From: a virus
IMG/VR virus record: IMGVR_UViG_3300045988_148442
Location: 1 to 59,156 of that record
Reading direction: 5' to 3' (one strand)
DNA length: 59,156 nucleotides
Shown here piece by piece: positions 1-8,711 of this stretch (position 1 is the first letter of the stretch; each line of letters opens with the position of its first letter). The notes below the pieces were generated by a model. It made no database searches, was not told where the DNA came from, and saw nothing but the letters and a program-made list of their open reading frames with translations. The position numbers were made by a program, and so were the translations under genes.

Positions 1-119
1 CTCCAAAAAGCACCTACAATTACAATCGTGAGCGGCTACACCACTTTTAGACGGTGCTTTTGCTTTCACTCCACCGCCTAAATCAAACATATCACCTGCT
101 TTAACAGTCTGACCTTCCA
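1..119. repeat. Left copy of an exact 119-bp terminal duplication, identical to 59038-59156. This is a circular-assembly overlap; the unit genome is 59,037 bp.
   Basis: The window starts ctccaaaaagcacctacaattacaatcgtgagcgg... and the same string runs from 59038 to the last base. The duplication lies inside an open reading frame. Confidence 0.9.
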
Positions 120-906
120 TTTTGATATGATTAGCACCGTTTTTGCTTATAGTTGTTTTCCAACCTTTCTTTGTCTTTCGGCGTTGCTGTGGTCTTACTC
201 GTTCATCTTTCATTGTTCGCCAAGTAGCCGCATATATTAAGTCGCTGTCACCTAACTTGTCGCTTAAATGCTCTGCACAATCCATAAATCCGCTCTCAAT
301 ATTGCGGTGTGTTTCTGTTCGTGTTATATTCATAGCCTTGCTATAGCTAACATCTAACCTATCTGAAATGCGTTTAGCCATTTTTTCGTATCTATCGCCT
401 TGCATAAGTCCTATATTTAACTCCTGCTGTATTTGATAGACAACTTCCGCTCTATGTTTTTCCATTACTGGCGTTAATGTTAGCTTGCTTACATTGTTGT
501 TTATAGCCTGTTTTAGCACTTTTGGATTGACGGATATATCTTTGGTAACCTCTTCAAATTTTCCTGCTGTATCAGCCTTTTTTAAAGCACTTACCATACC
601 CTCATAGCTTTTTTGATATGTAACATCAATAAGTGTTTCCATTTCTTCTTTTATTGCAGGTGATATGTTATCAACATTATTTACTATTTCTTGTAAAAAT
701 TTTGCTCTACTATTTTTTGCGTCAAGGTATGAAATATATAGTCTGCCGTCTTCATCTGCATATTTTATGTATTCATCAGCTAAAAAAGAGTTTAAGTCTT
801 TCATAAGCGAACTATATATTGACCTTATTTTGCTTTCGGTCAACTGTTCTCTGTGTTCTTCAATTCTGCGAATATCATACAATAAATCATTTAAACTTGC
901 TATACT
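1..906 (-). CDS. Head morphogenesis / minor capsid protein of the SPP1 gp7 / Mu F family, N-terminal part. It is the same gene as 58123-59156 across the circular junction.
   Basis: The minus-strand frame is open from the window edge up to a TGA at 907-909. It is in frame, through the terminal overlap, with ORF 58123..59127. My translation reads ...LIYAATWRTMKDERVRPQQR...NHIKMEGQTVKAGDMFDLGG..HDCNCRC, a Mu F/gp7-type signature. The start codon is unresolved (see findings). Confidence 0.7.
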
Positions 907-1008
907 TCATACCCCCCTTTTTAACTTGCTGTGAGTTGTTCGGAAATACCGAATAAGTTAAAATTTCGCATATATAAGCCGTTATTTAACTTGCTTGTAA
1001 TTTGCTAT

Positions 1009-1794
1009 TTAAATCTTCTTTCTTATTTCAGCAGTAAGTTTTTTAATAAAGTTATCGCCTGCTATACCGTTAGGCTCATAGCCCCACTTCTTGAGCAAGC
1101 CGTTTACTGCCTTTTCTGTGCCGTTGCCGAAAGCTCCGTTTTCATCAACGCCCTGTGAGTGGATTTTCAAGGTTTTAGCGAGCAGTAGCAACTCTTTGAT
1201 TGCAAGAATACCGTCCGAAGTCTGACCTTTCTTGTAGCCCTGTGAATCAAGTACCTTTTTACTTATCGTTGTAGAGGTAGCCGACTTATAAGCCACGCCG
1301 AAAGCAGAGCAAAGACCTTTAGCAATTGACTCGCCAATTTTAGTCGTATTGTTGATAATCCACTTTGCAAGAGTAGCATTATCGTGGAACTCACATTCGC
1401 AGTAAACGCATTTAGCGTTAGTCTGATTAATCTCGGCAAGGCTGTTTGTCTTGATACCTCTGCCTACACCTGTGAGCTTGACAAGCTCATTATAAACAGG
1501 CTTTGCGTACTTCATATTAGCCTCTGCAGTGCTGTAAACAAAGACGTCCGTACCCTTGCCGCCGCCTGCGTTCGTGTGAATACAAACGTGCACATCAGCC
1601 TTAAATGCGTTGCTCTCGTTTATTGAGGTGTACATATTCTGACCTTTCGGCGCACGCTTGACTTCAAAACCGCAACGCTTCAACGCTGATTCTGCCGCAA
1701 TCGCAATTCTGTTGCACTGTTCCATCTCGTTTGTATTGCCGTAGGAGTATGTATTTGCATACTGATTAGACGGACTTAAATAAATTCTTGCCAT
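1009..1794 (-). CDS. Endolysin: N-acetylmuramoyl-L-alanine amidase (Amidase_3 type) with a C-terminal peptidoglycan-binding domain
   Basis: Motifs HVCIHTNAGGGKG and CECEFHDN. The C-terminus GAFGNGTEKAVNGLLKKWGYEPNG resembles PG_binding_1. Confidence 0.85.
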   Translation of the reverse strand: MARIYLSPSNQYANTYSYGNTNEMEQCNRIAIAAESALKRCGFEVKRAPKGQNMYTSINESNAFKADVHVCIHTNAGGGKGTDVFVYSTAEANMKYAKPVYNELVKLTGVGRGIKTNSLAEINQTNAKCVYCECEFHDNATLAKWIINNTTKIGESIAKGLCSAFGVAYKSATSTTISKKVLDSQGYKKGQTSDGILAIKELLLLAKTLKIHSQGVDENGAFGNGTEKAVNGLLKKWGYEPNGIAGDNFIKKLTAEIRKKI

Positions 1795-1796
1795 AA

Positions 1797-2072
1797 TTAA
1801 ACCTCCTGTAAATCAATATTTTCCATAACTGCTCTTGCTTCAAGGACTGCAATATAATCAGTCATTGCCTTAATCTGCATATTGTACGTGCTTCTCGGAC
1901 AAGTCGGTGTAAATACTAACTCGTTCTTGTCCCAATTATCAAGCATTTTCTTCAATCCTTTATAACGGATTACCAATTGCTGATATTCTGCGATAAATCT
2001 TTCTTTGTAGTCCTCGCTCGTCATTCCATCAATTGTGTCTTTCAGAGTCAAAATTGCTGATACTGTTGCCAT
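1797..2072 (-). CDS. Hypothetical small helical protein
   Basis: 91-aa ORF packed between the portal and amidase genes with 2-nt gaps, in the same orientation. Confidence 0.6.
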   Translation of the reverse strand: MATVSAILTLKDTIDGMTSEDYKERFIAEYQQLVIRYKGLKKMLDNWDKNELVFTPTCPRSTYNMQIKAMTDYIAVLEARAVMENIDLQEV

Positions 2073-2074
2073 AA

Positions 2075-3571
2075 TTATTCCTCGCTTTTTTCTTTATTTT
2101 TTAGAGGGTTTTCTTCGTCTTCTTTTTCTTCTCCCTCATTATTGTTTGTTTCTTTACTTGCTTCATTTGCTTTCTGCAAACTTGGGTACATTTCTAATAC
2201 ATCTTCCTGCTCTGCCTTTATCATTTCCATAAGATAATCAACATCATCAACAAACGATAATTGACTAAATGCAACCTCTTTGGGTATTCCTGCACTAATT
2301 AATGTTTGTACTGTTGTTGCTTCACTTTGCGTATCAAGTGGGAAATTACGCTTAAATTCCATTGTGCATTGTAATGGGTCTACCTTAATTCCCTTTTTAG
2401 TCCACGCACTCGCAAGCAATTTCCACATATACTGTGCCGCATTCATCATTTGTGCTTCAAACATACCGCATTTTGTTTCAAGTCCGTGTAACTTGAATTT
2501 AAGTGACACTCCGCTTGCAGTTCCAAAACTTTCATCACCTAAATTTGGAGTTCTTGAAAATCTGTAAATGTTATCTTCAAGTCGCTCTAAATGGTGTTCA
2601 GTAAATGCGTCATTGATATTTTTAGTAAGCCATTTTACAGGCTCACTATTTTGCTGTATTCCAACAGGTGGAATAACAAGGCAACCGCTGTTTTGTGCCT
2701 TTGATATTTCTTCATCTTTGACATTGTAGTTGATTAATAACATAGCGTGTACGAACGCTTCAACCTCATTTGAATTATCCGAAAGTACCTTGTCATAATC
2801 ATCAATCAACGATAATACTTTTTCAGCGTCACCCAAACACTCTTTATTATTTGCTATACCTTGTAGCGGACAATAATCAAATAAATGTGGTCTTATATCA
2901 ACTTGTTCAAGATTTAATAAATCCCCTTTGAATGTCGTTATGTTTTTATCGTCATAAAATTCAACAGTCCAAGTTTCCACATCATTAATATCTCTCGTCT
3001 TATAATATCTAATAGCATATTCGGGTTCGCTTATGTCTGTATCAGATAATATAATAGTTTCAAAGCCGTGTACTGGCATAACTCTCTCATTGCCGTCTTT
3101 ATCAATATAGAAAAGCCTGCCACAATAGCCATAAATACTCGGAAATTTTGTTGTTTCCATATCCACACCATACATATTATTGCGTGTAGTAAAGTCGGTA
3201 ATAGCTTTTGTTGCATTGTCAACTGCTTCTTCGCCGCCTGTTACTTCTTCCGCTTCATCATTTTTGCTATATCCATAAGTAATAGGCTTTCCTGCAAAAT
3301 ATCCAGTCTTAAAATCAACTATTTCACTAAAAAAGTCATTGCTTATTTTGTTGTTGATAGGATTTTCTTCGTCATATCGTGGCTTTCTGTTATGTATAGG
3401 CAAACTGCCTTGTAAAGTCATATACCTATCGTATAAGCCTTTATTATATAAAGCGTTCGGCTGATGTTTCTGAATTATCTTGTATAATAATTCTTTTGTA
3501 ATGCCGTTTTTCCTTATTTCCTCAATTTCTGCCGTATATTTAGGCACTAATTGAGTTTCTAATCTTGCCAT
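2075..3571 (-). CDS. Portal protein (SPP1 gp6-like by size and position)
   Basis: I trimmed the track ORF to the ATG at 3571 (MARLETQ...), which sits behind AAAAGGCGGTGA. The product is 498 aa, lies downstream of terL, and has an acidic C-terminal tail. Confidence 0.8.
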   Translation of the reverse strand: MARLETQLVPKYTAEIEEIRKNGITKELLYKIIQKHQPNALYNKGLYDRYMTLQGSLPIHNRKPRYDEENPINNKISNDFFSEIVDFKTGYFAGKPITYGYSKNDEAEEVTGGEEAVDNATKAITDFTTRNNMYGVDMETTKFPSIYGYCGRLFYIDKDGNERVMPVHGFETIILSDTDISEPEYAIRYYKTRDINDVETWTVEFYDDKNITTFKGDLLNLEQVDIRPHLFDYCPLQGIANNKECLGDAEKVLSLIDDYDKVLSDNSNEVEAFVHAMLLINYNVKDEEISKAQNSGCLVIPPVGIQQNSEPVKWLTKNINDAFTEHHLERLEDNIYRFSRTPNLGDESFGTASGVSLKFKLHGLETKCGMFEAQMMNAAQYMWKLLASAWTKKGIKVDPLQCTMEFKRNFPLDTQSEATTVQTLISAGIPKEVAFSQLSFVDDVDYLMEMIKAEQEDVLEMYPSLQKANEASKETNNNEGEEKEDEENPLKNKEKSEE

Positions 3572-3712
3572 TTTGTCACCGCCTTTTCTTTTTTTTAGGT
3601 TTATAATTTGATAGTTTCCTATCAAATAAAATGCGTCCGTCAAAAGTCTTTGTAAGACCGCAACGAACGCACACACTCACATCATTTACTTTTTTCCAAA
3701 TGTGACTACACA

Positions 3713-4936
3713 TTAAAACCTCTTTCCTGCCCTTGCTTCTGCTTCAAGCATTTCATTTTCAAGAGCATACCTTAAAGCGTCCATTAAATGGTCGTTTTGT
3801 TTAACAGGCTTTTCTAACACAACACCGTTTTTATCCTCTTGCCAATGATACTGCTCTATCTCATTTTTGAAATTTTGACAATGCACATCAATGATTATTT
3901 CATATCCCCATAACCAACGAATACCACGATTAACGCTGTCTGCTCCCTTATTAGTAGCAACAGCATTAATTCTTTTGCTTGCAAGATAGTTTATTGTTTG
4001 ATTAGCCGCACAATCAACCATTATGTATCCGTCTTTAACAAATTCTTGTGCTTTATAATAAATATCCTCGTCTTGCATACCTGCTCTGTAATATTCATCA
4101 ATTACATAGATTTTCTTATTTTCTTTATCTAAATGTACTTTGATAAATGCGTTAGGGTTTGTATATCCAACATCAAGTCCATAATACAGATTATCAAAAT
4201 ACGGTATTTTATCGCTTAAATCTTCAACACGCCAATTCTTGTAAATAACATTTCCGAGAATACCCCAATTACCTAAAGAATAGACTTCATAAAAATATGG
4301 GTCGCTTTCATCTTCAAGCAATTTTCTATCATCAGCGGTCAAAAACATATTATCTTTATATGTAGTCTTTAATATTAGCTTATCATCATCTTCATAAACA
4401 CTTTTATCGTCTTGCCAACCTCCGAAAAAGTCTTTGTATATCCAATGTGACTTTAAGATAGGGTTAAATGCCATATATATGTGTTTGCTGTGTTCACTTC
4501 TACCACGCAAACGCTTTTTTAACTGCAAATAGGCTTCTCGTTTAACCTCTGTTGCTTCCTCTATGAATATACGCTCTAATACTCCGTCTTGCGGTGTAAT
4601 AGATTTAACCTTTTCAACATCATCAAGTCCACAAAACAATATTTGCTTGTTATTGTTTTTGCAAGTGATAACCATATCTGACTTATTTATAGAGTAATAA
4701 TTCTTTACTCCCATATTTGATATGGATTTTGTTATTTCATTAAAGATACTGTTTCTTATTGTCCTTGCTACATTTCTACAACATAGCCAATTACAACCTT
4801 GTAAATTATCAACAACTATTTTATCCGTTAAAAAGAATGATTTGCCACTTGATGAACCGCCGTAAAATATCTGCAAGAATTGAGGTTTATTGAAATATGG
4901 AATATAAACGGGGTTCTCCTTAATCTTTATATCCAT
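3713..4936 (-). CDS. terL: Terminase large subunit (PBSX/XtmB-like)
   Basis: 407 aa with a Walker A motif, YGGSSSGKSFF, near the N-terminus. It abuts the small subunit gene. Confidence 0.9.
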   Translation of the reverse strand: MDIKIKENPVYIPYFNKPQFLQIFYGGSSSGKSFFLTDKIVVDNLQGCNWLCCRNVARTIRNSIFNEITKSISNMGVKNYYSINKSDMVITCKNNNKQILFCGLDDVEKVKSITPQDGVLERIFIEEATEVKREAYLQLKKRLRGRSEHSKHIYMAFNPILKSHWIYKDFFGGWQDDKSVYEDDDKLILKTTYKDNMFLTADDRKLLEDESDPYFYEVYSLGNWGILGNVIYKNWRVEDLSDKIPYFDNLYYGLDVGYTNPNAFIKVHLDKENKKIYVIDEYYRAGMQDEDIYYKAQEFVKDGYIMVDCAANQTINYLASKRINAVATNKGADSVNRGIRWLWGYEIIIDVHCQNFKNEIEQYHWQEDKNGVVLEKPVKQNDHLMDALRYALENEMLEAEARAGKRF

Positions 4937-5500
4937 TTACTCGCCACTCTCTATATCATCAGGTGTTGCCGCCGATATTGTAATGTTAATATCAGGACTT
5001 TCTTGTTGTTTTTCTTCATTCTGCGTAAATTGTATATCTTTCAAATCTTTCAAAGCACTTGTAAGCTGTTTAAGTCCTAATCTGTCTAAATGGTCTGCTT
5101 TTACTATGCGTTTATCTTCAATTTCTTTTACGGTTTCCTTTTCAGGCTTTCCAAATCCTGCTTTATCAGTAACATACTTTACTTCTTTTTGTTTTATTTT
5201 GCTTATTGTTATAAACTGGTCTAACTGTTCTGTTGCTATTTCTATCTTTTTAAGCAACTTGTCAGCCGCATTTGATATTCGTAACTGTCTTTGTGCTTCT
5301 TTCTCTGCGATTTTTTCAGCGGTTTTTTGTTCCGTTTTCTTTTGTATTTTGTCCCGCTGATTTTTTCTCTTTTCAAACCACTTTTCTTTAACCGCTCTAT
5401 CTCTTAAAGTTTGCCAACTAACACCGTGTTTTTCAGCTAACTTTCTATAACTGATATTCCCGTTTATGTATTCATTTCTTAACTTAATCCAGTCAATCAA
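4937..5500 (-). CDS. terS: Terminase small subunit
   Basis: 187 aa with an N-terminal HTH-like segment, ISYRKLAEKHGVSWQTLRDRAV, and a charged coiled middle. Its stop abuts the terL start. Confidence 0.7.
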   Translation of the reverse strand: MIDWIKLRNEYINGNISYRKLAEKHGVSWQTLRDRAVKEKWFEKRKNQRDKIQKKTEQKTAEKIAEKEAQRQLRISNAADKLLKKIEIATEQLDQFITISKIKQKEVKYVTDKAGFGKPEKETVKEIEDKRIVKADHLDRLGLKQLTSALKDLKDIQFTQNEEKQQESPDINITISAATPDDIESGE

Positions 5501-5563
5501 ATCACCACCTGCTTGTTATCATTTTTATATAAATATTTTCAAAGCGACACATTATACCTATCA

Positions 5564-6325
5564 CTAAACACCTTTAATCGGTACTTTAATAATTGGGTTA
5601 TAATCAAATTCTTTTTTACTTCCTTTATCAATTCTTACAATTTGTTTACCCCATTTTTTCTGTAACAACTCAAAATTCATAGCTTCTGTTTTATAATTCC
5701 TATAAACCGCACAACCACCTTTATTTTCACTTTGTTTGCAAACATAATGATACATATTCAATCTCAATATTTTTCTGTGCTTATTCAAATGTTGTAATGC
5801 AAGGTCATAATCTTCTTTTAATGGTATGTTTTCATCATAGAATATGTTTCCATCTTTAATATGACAACTAAAAGGACCTAAAATAATTTTGTTAGTATTA
5901 AATGGTTTGTAATGTTGATAAGAGCGGCTATCTTTATTAAGGTTTACTCCCCAAAGATATGCTCCTAATTCAATAGCCATTGTTGTATATTTTTCAATAA
6001 ATCCTATAAAATCAGTTACAATTCTTTTTTCATAACCAAAGTTATTATTTTTTGATTTATTAAATCTATAAATTCCCTTAACATCATCATCAAGCATACA
6101 TACTACATCTGCACCTTTTCCAAACTCACTTTTTAATATGTGATTTCTTATTACAGATATATTTTTTCCACTATTTTCCCCTAAACCTATAATCTCATTA
6201 TTCGGGTTGTTCTTTTGATATTCTTCAATTTCATTATCTGCCACCCAAATTTTACAATCAGAATAAAAATCTAATGTTTCTACTTTGGGTCTTTTGTGAC
6301 TGGGTATGTTTACGCTTATTTTCAT
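5564..6325 (-). CDS. GT-A-like nucleotide-sugar transferase candidate (DxD motif); function unknown
   Basis: 253 aa with ISVNIPSHKRP near the N-terminus and a CMLDDDV DxD-like motif. It overlaps the upstream ParB gene by 4 nt. Confidence 0.4.
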   Translation of the reverse strand: MKISVNIPSHKRPKVETLDFYSDCKIWVADNEIEEYQKNNPNNEIIGLGENSGKNISVIRNHILKSEFGKGADVVCMLDDDVKGIYRFNKSKNNNFGYEKRIVTDFIGFIEKYTTMAIELGAYLWGVNLNKDSRSYQHYKPFNTNKIILGPFSCHIKDGNIFYDENIPLKEDYDLALQHLNKHRKILRLNMYHYVCKQSENKGGCAVYRNYKTEAMNFELLQKKWGKQIVRIDKGSKKEFDYNPIIKVPIKGV

Positions 6326-6945
6326 TTATTTACTCCCCAATCAACTAATTTAGATAATGCTTCCGCTCCATTTAATACTCTCCCTACTCCTTTCGGTACA
6401 TCTCCTGTGCCGTCTTTTCTGCTACTAAACCCTTTTACACTTTTTAAATCAAAAATGCTTTCGGCTTGTAACCAATCTATAGCATTATCAAAAAACAAAA
6501 CTATGTAATTGTTTTCTTCTTCCAACACTTCCGTAAATTCAATTTCAGGCTTTTCTTCTTCCTCTTGTTCTTCTTCTGTATCATCATCAAAAAAACCGAA
6601 AGCCGTCATATCAAAATCTAACAACTTTTCAAGTTCTTCATCTAATAAATGTTCGTCCCACTCGGAAAATTCAGCCGTCTTATTATCAGCTAACCTATAT
6701 GCTTTAATTTGTTCTTCTGTTAAATCATCTGCTTTTACACAAGGTACATTTTTCAAATTCAACTGTTTTGCCGCTTCATACCTTGTATGTCCGCATACTA
6801 TTACATTTTCTTTGTCAATTACTATAGGCTGTTTAAATCCAAATTGCTGTATGCTTTCTTTTACATACTGTATTGCTTTATCATTTTTTCGTGGATTGTT
6901 TGCATAAGGTATTACATCATCAATATTCATTTCAATAATCTGCAT
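6322..6945 (-). CDS. ParB/Srx-like nuclease-domain protein (stand-alone)
   Basis: Motifs VIPYANNPRKN and QPIVIDKENVIVCGHTRYEAAKQL, followed by an acidic stretch (DDDTEEEQEEEEK). I moved the start to the ATG at 6945, which sits behind AAGGAG. Confidence 0.8.
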   Translation of the reverse strand: MQIIEMNIDDVIPYANNPRKNDKAIQYVKESIQQFGFKQPIVIDKENVIVCGHTRYEAAKQLNLKNVPCVKADDLTEEQIKAYRLADNKTAEFSEWDEHLLDEELEKLLDFDMTAFGFFDDDTEEEQEEEEKPEIEFTEVLEEENNYIVLFFDNAIDWLQAESIFDLKSVKGFSSRKDGTGDVPKGVGRVLNGAEALSKLVDWGVNK

Positions 6946-6989
6946 TGGCAACGCTCCTTTATAGGTTTGTTGTCACTTGCAAATTTACC

Positions 6990-7035
6990 CCTAAAAAAGC
7001 AAAAAGCTGTAATCAGCATAAACTGAAAACAGCTT
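6990..7035 (-). terminator. Intrinsic terminator-like hairpin in the leader of the late operon
   Basis: The minus-strand RNA reads AAGCUGU-(18 nt, with inner UCAG/CUGA pairing)-ACAGCUU followed by UUUGCUUUUUU. Confidence 0.5.
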
Positions 7036-7097
7036 CTTACCCAAAATAAAGAAAGACAATCAATGAAAAAACAATCCACATATTTTTTCACAATACT

Positions 7098-7126
7098 ATT
7101 ATACTATATTTAAAGGTTTTTTTCAA
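7098..7126 (-). promoter_or_regulatory. Consensus sigma-A type promoter in front of the late (packaging/head) operon
   Basis: Minus strand TTGAAA (7126-7121), a 17-nt spacer, then TATAAT (7103-7098). Confidence 0.6.
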
Positions 7127-7153
7127 TATAATTTTGCATAATATTCAATTAAT

Positions 7154-7552
7154 TTATTTGTTGAATTTGCTTAATACTGCTCTATAAACTCTAAAACATT
7201 TATTCTTGTTCCAATTCATTAAATCAGCACATACTTTCCAAGAGTAACCATAATAAAATCTGTATCTTAACATTGTTATTGCTTCTTCTGATACACCATT
7301 ATTTATTAATTTATTATAGATTAATTGCCATTTGTCTGTAATTCTACTATTATATTTGATTTTTTTGCTTTCAAGTTTTTCTAATGTAATTAAATATTCC
7401 TCAATAGAATTATTTCGACTATTTCCTTTTGGCATATCAGAAATTATTTGATTTTTAGGTGACCTTATTCTTAATTTCAATTCTGCTATTCGTTCATCTA
7501 TGCTGTTAATGTCACGCCTTAACTCTAAACATTTTTCAAGTTTATATCTCAT
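7154..7552 (-). CDS. Late gene transcriptional regulator (Ltr superfamily; DUF1492/ArpU/RinA-like)
   Basis: 132 aa with a C-terminal HTH resembling sigma region 4 (AITMLRYRFYYGYSWKVCADLM). It is the last gene before the packaging operon. Confidence 0.55.
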   Translation of the reverse strand: MRYKLEKCLELRRDINSIDERIAELKLRIRSPKNQIISDMPKGNSRNNSIEEYLITLEKLESKKIKYNSRITDKWQLIYNKLINNGVSEEAITMLRYRFYYGYSWKVCADLMNWNKNKCFRVYRAVLSKFNK

Positions 7553-7563
7553 TAGTTACCTCA

Positions 7564-7659
7564 CTATTTTATGCTTGAATATATTACCGCACCAACAAAA
7601 ATAACAAACTCAACTGCAAGAGTTGTTAAAATTCCCTGCACAAACGGGTCAAAACTCAT
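7564..7659 (-). CDS. 31-aa single-pass membrane peptide (MSFDPFVQGILTTLAVEFVIFVGAVIYSSIK)
   Basis: Not in the ORF track because it is under 60 aa. SD AAAGGAGTGA lies 6 nt upstream of the ATG at 7659. Confidence 0.45.
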   Translation of the reverse strand: MSFDPFVQGILTTLAVEFVIFVGAVIYSSIK

Positions 7660-7672
7660 ATATATCACTCCT

Positions 7673-7861
7673 TTAATTTACTTTTGTTAATTCTTTTTCT
7701 ATACAGTCAAGACAAAGTTCCTTGCCGTCATACTCGTATAGTTGTTCTTCTTCTCCACACTCGTCACAATAATATCTTGTTACATTTCTGTAAGGGCAAG
7801 TACTACCTAAACAACCAATTTCAGGTGGACAACCTACACATTCATTTAATACCTTTTTCAT
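7673..7861 (-). CDS. Cys-rich zinc-ribbon mini-protein
   Basis: 62 aa with CVGCPP...C..TCP...YCDECG...CLDC. Confidence 0.6.
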   Translation of the reverse strand: MKKVLNECVGCPPEIGCLGSTCPYRNVTRYYCDECGEEEQLYEYDGKELCLDCIEKELTKVN

Positions 7862-8145
7862 TTTCTATTCTCCAATATTTTAATCTTTATCAAAGCAATG
7901 AATAAAATTATCAAAATCAGCAAAAATAATAACGCTACTTCAATGCTTACTATTTTGAAATAAAACGCTTCCGCAACTATTATCATACCGCAAAAAGATA
8001 TAGCTATTGTTATATCAACAATATGTTTAATCGCCCATAAAATGCCGTTTTTAATTTTGCCTAATGCAAAGTAAATAGCACCCATTATATACCTGTATGC
8101 TTTACTTTCTCCAACTTTGTTTTCTACTTCTTTAAGATGTTTCAT
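7858..8145 (-). CDS. Small membrane protein (2-3 predicted TM helices)
   Basis: 95 aa with long hydrophobic runs. It overlaps the next gene by 4 nt. Confidence 0.6.
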   Translation of the reverse strand: MKHLKEVENKVGESKAYRYIMGAIYFALGKIKNGILWAIKHIVDITIAISFCGMIIVAEAFYFKIVSIEVALLFLLILIILFIALIKIKILENRK

Positions 8146-8184
8146 TTTTTATTCACCTTTCATTTAATGTTACATATTGACACA

Positions 8185-8433
8185 TTATAGTTTGTCTAAA
8201 CGCTTTAATGCTTGATATTCACCATAAGTATAATGTGTTCCGTGTTGTTCGTTATAAAAATTAATTTCAGCTAACTTTTCATCAAGTCTTTTTTTAGATT
8301 TTATGCATTGTTTTTTATGCTTCTGCTTTTTATTCCACTGTTTTTTTGCAATTTTTAAGCAATCATCACAACAATACTTTTGTCTGTTTGATGTCGGCTC
8401 AAACTCTGCACCGCAGATTTCACAGATTTTCAT
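8185..8433 (-). CDS. Zinc-ribbon mini-protein with a basic tail
   Basis: 82 aa with CEICG...YCCDDC followed by a Lys-rich segment. Confidence 0.6.
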   Translation of the reverse strand: MKICEICGAEFEPTSNRQKYCCDDCLKIAKKQWNKKQKHKKQCIKSKKRLDEKLAEINFYNEQHGTHYTYGEYQALKRLDKL

Positions 8434-8711
8434 TCTGATTCACTCCAATCAATAGCCTGACCGCAATTAGGACAATAATCATATACTCTGCTTATATCGA
8501 AAGGATTATCCAAATTAGCGTTGCAACAGTTCGGGCAAACTATAGTTATATCTCCGAATATCGGGTCTGTTATGCCTTTCGGCTTTTTTGGTATCTGCTT
8601 ATTAAGAGCATTTACAGCCGTTTCAAAAGCCACAGCGTAATCCATAGGGTATTCCCACTCGACCTCTGCTATTGCAGTTTCAATAATTTTAATTGCTTCC
8701 TGTGGCGTCAT
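8430..8711 (-). CDS. Zinc-ribbon mini-protein
   Basis: 93 aa with CPNCC...YCPNCG. It has 4-nt overlaps on both sides. Confidence 0.6.
   Translation of the reverse strand: MTPQEAIKIIETAIAEVEWEYPMDYAVAFETAVNALNKQIPKKPKGITDPIFGDITIVCPNCCNANLDNPFDISRVYDYCPNCGQAIDWSESE

Noticed and set aside
5564-6951. ParB-like genes as evidence for a plasmid-prophage partition system
   Set aside because: There is no ParA/Walker ATPase partner, no parS-like repeat cluster visible, and a serine integrase with a cI-like repressor is present. Both ParB-like proteins are the nuclease/Srx-type N-terminal domain linked to enzymes rather than to partition genes.
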